From Cercozoa sp. M6MM (Eukaryota > Protista > Endomyxa: Ascetosporea): DNA of 32,026 bases. Below the pieces are notes generated by a model that had not been told where the DNA came from, did no database searches, and saw only the letters and a list, made by a program, of their open reading frames with translations. Of the stretch, positions 24,234-32,026 are shown piece after piece; position 1 is the first letter of the stretch, and the number at the start of each line of letters is the position of its first letter. Where the stretch lies: NCBI GenBank assembly GCA_040357565.1, contig JBDODJ010000127.1; one strand, 5' to 3'. The position numbers and the translations under genes were made by a program.

Positions 24234-26952
24234 TCAGTGATGACGCCGCGCTGCCGACGAGCTGCGCAAGCGCGCGCCACGCGACGTCAGCATGCGCATA
24301 TCGTCGGCCTTGGCTTCCTACGTACGGGGGGGGGGGGGGTAAGGACTAAAGTTTGAGATGGTAAGTAGCACCTCCAGTTTGCGCATCCACTCGTCGCGCC
24401 GCATCGGCGAGTCGAACAGCAGCAGCGCATCGAGCGGCAGACGCTGCTTCATGAGACACATCGTGTCGTCGCTGCTGAGTGCGAGGCAGGCGCCCTGTGG
24501 GACATACACTTAGGTTTTGCCCCCTACCCCCACCCCGTACACACCCAAGTGGGCACACCTTCTTGTCGTCGCGCGAGGCCACGCGGAGACCGACGAGCTG
24601 CACGGCGTTCTTGAGTCGCAAGCGCTTGGAGGCACTCGTGAACACGAGCAGCAGGTCGTTGCACAGCACCAGTGTCGTCGGCCGCTGCTTGGGCAGGCGC
24701 GGCACTTCGATCTCGCCCAGCACACGACGCGTCGGGATCACCCACTGCACCTGCCCAGGGGGCTTAAGGCGTGTGGGGGGTTTGGGGTGTCTGTGTGTAC
24801 CTCGGGTGCCAGGTCGGCCACGAAGTCGCGCAGCTCGAGCAGTCGCGCGTCGCTCTCGCTTTTGCCTTTGCTCGTGTTGACATGCGCCGCCACATCGCGC
24901 ATCGCTTCCAGTGCCTGGCCCTACCAACACAAGCTCGTTCTACCGAGGTAGTACTGAGGTCATGGTACCAACTCGGCCGCCTCGGGAGTGCCCTCGGCTG
25001 TGTATCGGTCCAGTTCGCGCAGCAGCAACACGTACCGAGGCACACGTTGCACTGGCATCACCTGGGGGCACAGGGGGTAAAGAGGAAGGCAGATGGGAAG
25101 GCAGATGGGTATAATGGGGGTAAACCAGGAAGGAGGCCAGGTCGAGGCCGCAGGAGTCGCCGCTCTCCTTGACGTCGTCGAGCCACTGACGGAACTTTGG
25201 CTTGCGCTCCTGCAGCTCCGCCAGTCGCTCCACCGCCGCGTCATACCGGTTCACGTAGGGCGCGTCTGTCCGCGCGGAAGAATAAGAACAACAGCAAATA
25301 CAACAACACGAAACAACAAGAAAAGTCAGAGCCTAATGTACACATCTTGAGGATTCGCGAGTACTTCAGAAACACAGTCGCAAACGCAAAGTCGGCGCGC
25401 GCTTTTTCTATCTCCGCACTGAGCTCGCGGTGCACCTACCCGGGGGGAGGGTAAAGTGTGTGTGTGTGTGCGTGTGTGTGTGTGTGTGTGTGTGGGGGGG
25501 GGGGGGTTAAAAGGGGCAGAAGAAGCTACTAACACATACCGAAATCAGCGACTCGAAAGTTCCGAAAATCACCGTCACATCCGTCGGCGAGACACCGATC
25601 TATCGGGGGGGGGGGGGTGAGAAAGGATGAGAGGGTAAGAGAGAGAGAGGGAAGGGGTAAAACGCACCTTGCCGTTGACGGCGAGAGCGCGCAGCGGCGT
25701 CAAAAACACGTCGACGCAGACCTCGAGGAAGTTGAGGTACACCTGCTCGGACTGCACGATTTCATCGGCGGCCTGACACCGCCGCATCTCGCGTTTCTTC
25801 GCGTCCTCCGCCGGGTCACGTCCGCGCGGACGCTGCGGCGACTCAGGCGTCGATGCGCCCGACCGCAGTCGGTCCAGATGTTCATCCTTCTGCTGCCGTT
25901 GTTCCAGGCCCAGTACCTGCGCCACACATGGCAATTTTACCCCCTCCTTACACCCCCAGCAATTTGACTTACCAGGTTCAACAGCGCCTCGCGTTTCGCG
26001 TCATCCATCTTGCTTACCTGCTCGGATGGGGGTGGGGTAGGGAAGGGTAAGGGTAAGCGTAAGGGGTAAGGGAAAGGGTACCCGTGCAGCCAGTCGCTGC
26101 GACGAGGTCTGCGAGGTCTTGGAGGCTTGCTCATGGAACTGCTCCCACTGCTGGACCATCTTGTTCGTCTTCTGCTTGCGCTTGCGCTGCTGCTCGGCTT
26201 CGGCCACTCGCGCCTCTGGGGGGGGGGGGGGAGAAGGGGGGAAGGGGGGGGGTAGATGCTACCAATTTCGGCATCGATTTCGACGCGCTTTCGCAGTTTC
26301 AGTTGCGGACTGAGTCGCTCTGGTTGGGGGGGGGGGGGTAAGGGGAGGAGCAAGCGTGTGTGTGGAAGAAAGTACTGTTAGTGGCGGCAAAAGCAGCAGC
26401 CAAAACTGCGTCGCGTGCCGCCAGACCTTCCCGCGTCGAATCGAACGCGAGATCCAGACTGTAGAACTCCGTCGATGCTGCGAGGGGGGTAAGGGGTAGG
26501 TTGAGGGGTAGACAGTAAAGCCTACGTGGCAGATTCGTGGCGAATGATGTCGAACTGACGTCCGAAGTCCCTACCAGAGGGGGGGGGGGGTTAAGATAAG
26601 GAGAATTAAACAATACAAAGACGGTGGTACAAGTAGTATCAATGGTTAGATCATCGGGTGACGGTGTCTCCTCTCGAACAAGTTCGTTCGTGTGACACAA
26701 CAGCGAGAGGTACACGAGACCGCCACTACACATGAAGGTAAGGGCAAAAGGAGACGGGTAAAGGGGAGTAAAACGAGTGGCGATACCCAAGTTTTTCCTT
26801 CTTAACGCGCCCGAGATTGCTAGAGACGCCGTTCGTGGCCGCTGCACTCCAGAAAGTAGGAGAATAAGGGGGTAAGCACTGCACACACACCTTCCTGTAG
26901 ACGCAGATCGTCGTGTGCCGGCCAACCGACCTACGAACGGAGGGGTAAATGG

Positions 26953-27003
<51 letters not shown>

Positions 27004-28285
27004 GGAGAAGGCAAGCACCAGAATGCCACAGACGGCGTCGATGGAAACACTCGTGATGCCTTTCTTTCCTTTGCCGCTGAAGCGCGCGCTACGCCAACGC
27101 AAGCGCCGATCGCTGCCGCAGGTGAACCGACGCGCGCGTGCTTTGCCGTTGCGACCGATCTATATGTGGAGTTGAGTTAAGTTCAGTCAAGTGGGTTTGT
27201 TTAGTTCAGTCAAATTGAGTTAAGTTCAGTGAGTTGAGTTGAGTCGAGTTGAGTTGAGCTATTTTACCTTGAGAATGTGCGCTTCTTGCAGTTCCTTGCT
27301 CTGACGACAAAACACGATATTTCAAAGGATTTCAAAGCTTGTACTGGAAGTTTTCGATTGCAGATTTCACTTATCAGCTTTCACATCAAAGCTTTCTTTC
27401 ACTCAAAGCTTTTCGTTTTTCGAAAGCTTTCATTTAACAAGTAGAACCTCAGCTAGCGCCTCCGCACAATGCCGATCTGCTTCCTCGCCGATCTCCCACA
27501 GTGCGTGGCACAGTCGATGGCGAGCAGTGCCGTCACGCCACACCACCCACGGACGCTGTTATATTTCACGTTTTATTTATTTTCACTCCTCATTTTTGGA
27601 GAAACGCTTACGTCGACCTGGGCCGCAACAAGCTGGTCCTCGGTAGGCGGCACATACACCGCCAAGCGTCCACGCGACGGCGTGCGTGCATGCTGCACCA
27701 AACAAACACAAATAATCACAGCAGGCGCCGGCAGTTTAGCATTTCTCAACATTCACACGCTTTAAATCGTGTGTATGCACATGCACACAGCATCTACGTG
27801 CCAAATGCACTCCTTGCGCCTTTGATCGGCTTGGTCTGGAACGTTTTGCTTGCTGAGGACTACGCTTACCGTGGGCATTGTCGCCGCCATTCCTGCGCCC
27901 AGCACACCTCTGGCGACACGGGATTAGACACACAGTCCAGCGCACACGCGGCTGTGTAACGGCGGTTAAGGGGGCGGCGACTCGGCCACCAGAGGATCTT
28001 GGCTGGTGCTGGAAGCGAGCTCCCACGCTGCGATCTGGCCGTTAACGACCATAAAATCGAACAGTTTTTGCCTAGTACCGGTCGCTAGAGCACAGTGTGC
28101 AGAGTTTTTTTGCATACAGGAAGTCTGAGCAAAAATGTAAATTGATTTGTGCGGTGTCTTTTGTGACACTCTGGCTTGATGCTTTTGCATTCAAAGGGGC
28201 CGACGACGCCGCCGCCGTGGACGGGGTTTGCTGACGTCGCTGGCCGTCGGCGCAGCTGTGGTGTGTGTCCAAGTGTCCAGGTCAT
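24234..28285 (-). CDS. Dbl-family Rho guanine nucleotide exchange factor, probable PH-DH-PH architecture (5' end uncertain)
   Basis: DH motifs AADEIVQSEQVYLNFLEVC, YVNRYDAAVERL, LDLASFL|VMPVQRVPRYVLLLRELDRYT. C-terminal PH motifs LVLCNDLLLV and RRDEWMRKLE. N-terminal PH-like LKIGRNGKARARRF..LRW..SLDLAFDS. Stop TGA at 24234-24236. Exons are traceable to ~27690; extension to the ATG at 28285 is tentative. Confidence 0.85.
25456..25494. repeat. (TG)n microsatellite followed by poly-G, intronic
   Basis: Read directly; lies within a RhoGEF intron. Confidence 0.93.
26954..27001. repeat. (TG)n microsatellite, intronic
   Basis: Perfect TG run within a RhoGEF intron. Confidence 0.95.
27169..27260. 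repeat. Degenerate pentamer array (GAGTT/AAGTT/CAGTC), intronic
   Basis: 5-bp periodicity filling most of one RhoGEF intron. Confidence 0.85.
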
Positions 28286-28443
28286 GTGTGAGTGATTTGT
28301 GAGCGATTGGCGTCGGTTGCAGGGTGCCACAGTGGCCGCTGTTAGCAGTGGAAACAATAGTTCGCAGCATTCAAATCGTGCTCGTCACAGTAGCAGTCAG
28401 CGAACACAGGCGGCGGCCGAGCCGTTCGTTGCGTATCCTCGCA

Positions 28444-29290
28444 ATGGTAGGTTGCTATGAGTCTGGGCAGCTGGTTTGTTAAACCTCATGTGTGACTGTG
28501 CGACTTTGAACAGTGGTAGAACTACTGGCGGCACGTGCACCGGATGGCGCCATGTGCCAGGCACGTCTTGTGTGCCAAGGCGGCTTTTTGGGCAGCACCG
28601 GGTACACCAAGGACCGCAACGCCGCTGTCCTCGTGTTTCGCAAGGTCGCGCATAACCGCGTCAGCATCCAGTGCGGCTCCTACTACATGTAAGTCTTCCG
28701 TTTGGAGAGGTGTACTTTCCTTGCTCGCTATCCCTCTTTAATCCACAGGTGCGCCGATCAGAATGTCGGCAGACTCGTGTGCGACCGCACGGAGGTGAAC
28801 GATTGGGAGCACTTCCAGATCGTGCCGAATGGCGGCGCTCTCGCGTTGCGCTGCAGCAATAACTCCTTTGTCGGGTATAGCTTGTCTCCTTTCTGTCCTT
28901 ACTTCTCTACACAATCCTAAAACTTCCCTAGTCTCGGTTCGCAAGGCTTCGAAATCAACCGAACGCAGATCACAGCGTATATATCGATTGATGTTCCTAA
29001 GCGGATGTTGCATCGAGTTCTGAGGAGAATGTCTGTGGTAGAACGGAACTCTTCACGGTCGAGTGCGTCAGTGGTATCGTCACGGAGCCTTCTGCGCAGC
29101 CTCAGCAGCTGCCGCACTCGCAGCCGCAGCAGCCGCAACAACAGCAGGTGATTCAGGTGTGTTTTTGCACTTTCCCGCGATAGACATTGGACTGGGATGG
29201 TGAATTGACTTATTTGGTCTGTTGTAGCCAGTCGCACCCGTGTTCCAGCCCTCTGCTCCGTCTGCGCCTTCGTACGGTGCTTTCGACTGA
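28444..29290 (+). CDS. Small fascin-like beta-trefoil (actin cross-linking fold) protein with Gln/Pro-rich tail, 5 introns
   Basis: Spliced: RVSIQCGSYYMCADQNVGRLVCDRTEVNDWEHFQIVPNGGALALRCSNNSFVG...INRTQITATELFTVE, matching the fascin-repeat pattern (Y-l-x-A, l-x-a-d-R, W-E-x-F). TGA at 29288-29290. Confidence 0.75.
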
Positions 29291-29633
29291 TCACAACCGA
29301 CGACCCAAAAAGTCGGATTCCTCGCCGTCATTGTCACTGTTCGCATTAGACCTTCATCAGTTACATTTAAATCACTCACGGTAGTAGTTGTTCGTCGGAC
29401 TGCCAGGATTGTTGGCCGCCAGACTGTGAATATTCCTCGAGTCCTGGCGGTACAGTACAGTACAGCAAAGTTGGTTTGGGCTCACGATGAGCCCTAAGTC
29501 GAAAATCCTGCCAAGTGCACAGAACACACTGGACTGTAAGCAGCAGCGTGTGGACACTCAATAAAGGCATCTGGTCGTGCCAGTGTCTGGAGATCGGCTT
29601 TGAGTTTCTTGTCCGCACTCGAATTAGCGCGAG

Positions 29634-30143
29634 ATGGGTGTGCGATTTATGCAGAAGCCCTTTGTGGCTTGCAACAGTGGTGCCTCGGTTGTCCAGGTGC
29701 GTTAGGGGCGATTTCACTCGACACAATCAATCATATTTTTTTCATAATGAAATGCTGTTGTGCAGGTGATCAAAGTGCTGCGTGGCCGGCAGCTCGGCAA
29801 CGCGAAGCTCGGTGGTACGGTCAAGGTCGCTGTCAAGCAGGCTCGTACCGATGAGCTGGTATGGTGCTTTTTTCCAAGGGCGGAAGTTTCAAAATAAATG
29901 TCTGTGTTTAAACAGGCCAGAGTCAAGCGCAGTCAGATGGTGCGCGCCACAGTGACGACGGACAAGTTCCCGACGCGGCGCAAGGACGGCACGCACATCC
30001 GCAGCTGGCGCACGGGCGTCGTGCTGATCGATGACAAGGACAAGCCGCTGAGCGACGTGGTCAACTCGCCTGTGTCGCTCGAGGCGGCCAAGAAGTTCCC
30101 CAAGATTGGCCAAATCGCTCTCAAGTGCTACGGCGTTATCTAA
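29634..30143 (+). CDS. rpl14: Ribosomal protein uL14, bacterial-type and highly divergent, probably mitochondrial; 2 introns
   Basis: MGVRFMQKPFVACNSGASVVQ|VIKVLRGRQLGNAKLGGTVKVAVKQARTDEL|ARVKRSQMVRATVTTDKFPTRRKDGTHIRSWRTGVVLIDDKDKP...FPKIGQIA aligns by eye with uL14 (VADNSGA, IKVL, RRxDG..IRF, VLI, F.KI..LA). Confidence 0.85.
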
Positions 30144-30722
30144 GTAACTTTTGATGACGACTTGAGAACGGCTGGTCGATGGGCCAGTGTGAAAACAGCT
30201 ACGCTCTTTTGGCGCAAGAAAAGCGAAGCCTCGAGTTTTGGAATGAGCACAGTGACCCATCCCGGACTGGTGCAGGGAAACTACCCCGGTCTGGTTTCGT
30301 AATAGACTCAACTATTGATATCCACTGTCCGTTGAAGAAGCATCGATCACGGTGATGTGTCGGCATGTGCAAGTTTGGTTGAAGAAAAACCGTCAAACAT
30401 CAGCCAACTATCAATCGATCAAACTTGAACGGAAACGCGTCCAGTGATTGGACTCGTGATATGTGGTCACTGAGCGATCTTCGAAGCCCACGAAGCATAA
30501 CCAGGAAACGAAGCCTCCCAAGAGTGCTAAAGCTACACACGCGACAACAGGTGGTGTGCTGATCGAGGTGTGCTGCCAGCAGGACGTCAGGCGCACTCGT
30601 TTGTGTGCGAGCTTTGCTTTTTGACCGCACTGTCCGTTACTCGGTTGTGCCCATCTGGCAAAGAGGCGTTTTGCTTTCCTGCTCGGATTTTCGGACAGAC
30701 GGCGGTGCGCTGACCGAGAGAG

Positions 30723-31967
30723 ATGGCGGCTCTGCCGTACCCATGGCGGCGCGACGAGGCGCGTCTGGTCGGGACGATTGATCTGGTAAGTGCGAAAGCA
30801 GTGCGCGAAGAATCCGAATCCGATTCTGCACTCACGATTCTGTGTGTGTCTCACGCAGGATCTGTGCGACTTTTTGCGTCCGCGGCGCTCGCAAGCAGAC
30901 GCCCAACCAGTTGAGGCGTATGACGATGAGTTCGTTAAGGCTGCGGTGCGACGCAAGCAGCTGCTGTCGTGGCTCGCCGAGACGGCGGAACGCGCCTCTT
31001 CGCACCGATCGGACCAGTCAAGTCAGTCAGACCAGTCAAGTCAGTCGGGTCAGTCGGGTCAGTTGGACGAGCTGAAGGAGCTGTCGATGCAGGAGTTACT
31101 GCAGTGCCTGCGGAGGATCGACAGTCCGCTGCGCGTGCCGTCGCTGCTGGCGCTGGCGGCCTGTCGCCGCGTCGTGTGTTTTGTGATGCGCGAAGCGCTG
31201 CGTGCCAGCACGCGTTTCTTGCCGCTGGCACGTGCGCTGCTGGGCACTGCGCGACAGGTTTTCCGCGCGCAGCACGAGTCCTACCTCGCTGGCACCAAGG
31301 ACCGATACCACTACTTGGTACTCTTTGTTCTTTTTATACACCAGTTCTATACTGACCAGTTCTAGACTAATAGAGCTCTTGTAACTCTATCTGTGTGGCT
31401 TCAGTCGAGTGCGACCGCGCGGACAGAGCTGCAGGACGAGGCGCAGTACAAACTGGAGGCTGCCCTGGTGATTGTTGATGCAGCGCTCATCGTGGCCGAC
31501 TCGATGCGACTGCTCGGCGTCTGCATGCGCGCGGACGCGCCGCTGCTTGAGGTGCCTATATTTATTGTATACACATATCTGTATATTTATATATCCTATA
31601 TCTATATATTGTTTAATTTATATATTATCTATATTTATATAGCTAGATACACTTGTATACATTTATCATATGAGACAGTTCGGGGCGAAGGAGGAGACAG
31701 AAAGCATGATGCTAACCGTCAGCAAGCCGGCCTGGCTGATCACGCTGACGTCGATGCTGGCACTGCGGCAGGACCGTGATCTGCACGACGGTACCCCCTG
31801 ACTCTTCTGACCTTACCTGACCCCCGACCTCTTTACCCAACACGTTAGAACGCGACCCATTTGAGAACGACTCCTTCTCAGTTCTGATCGACGCGCTGCT
31901 GCGCTCGCCGACTCTGACGAAAGGTGTGCATTATTTATATATATATATATATGTATACATATAAATC

Positions 31968-32019
<52 letters not shown>

Positions 32020-32026
32020 ACACACA
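30723..32026 (+). CDS. Hypothetical, predicted helical protein (3' incomplete)
   Basis: ATG at 30723, GTAAGT donor at 30786, long GC3-rich exon 30859-31317 and further spliceable exons; no family recognised. Confidence 0.7.
31969..32026. repeat. (TG)n microsatellite flipping to (CA)n at the window end
   Basis: TG run 31969-32018, then CACACACA to the end. Confidence 0.93.

Noticed and set aside
30150-30720. Small minus-strand membrane-protein gene (VVACVALALLGGFVSWLCFVGF)
   Set aside because: I could not build a consistent start and splice model; it remains possible but unsupported.
32011-32026. Terminal (TG)4(CA)4 palindrome as a hairpin telomere or element end
   Set aside because: It is short, at the window edge and inside a microsatellite; most simply an assembly break or fold-back artefact.

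Overview
Gene-dense, extremely intron-rich eukaryotic (protist-like) nuclear DNA. It is not prokaryotic, so the supplied six-frame ORFs are mostly exon fragments or spurious. Manual splicing (mostly 45-130 nt GT-AG introns, standard code, TAA/TAG/TGA all used as stops) gives about 11 genes. In order: a giant 5'-truncated Cys-rich-repeat multi-pass membrane protein with roughly 55-60 introns, an MDR/prostaglandin-reductase-like oxidoreductase, a divergent G-alpha subunit, actin, two hypothetical genes, a Deg/HtrA protease (-), a PH-DH-PH RhoGEF (-), a single-domain fascin-like beta-trefoil protein, a divergent nucleus-encoded uL14 (probably mitochondrial) and a 3'-truncated hypothetical gene. 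The most unusual signal is intron architecture. Inside long gene bodies the donors are mostly GTAC, introns are filled with low-complexity repeats (often re-iterating GTAC, or sense-strand TTACCC/poly-C), and spacing is near nucleosome scale, whereas the short housekeeping genes have plain introns. Two hairpin-rich intergenic segments (13963-14102, 20198-20934) are ncRNA candidates. All exon boundaries were inferred by eye; no searches were run and the taxon cannot be fixed from this window.
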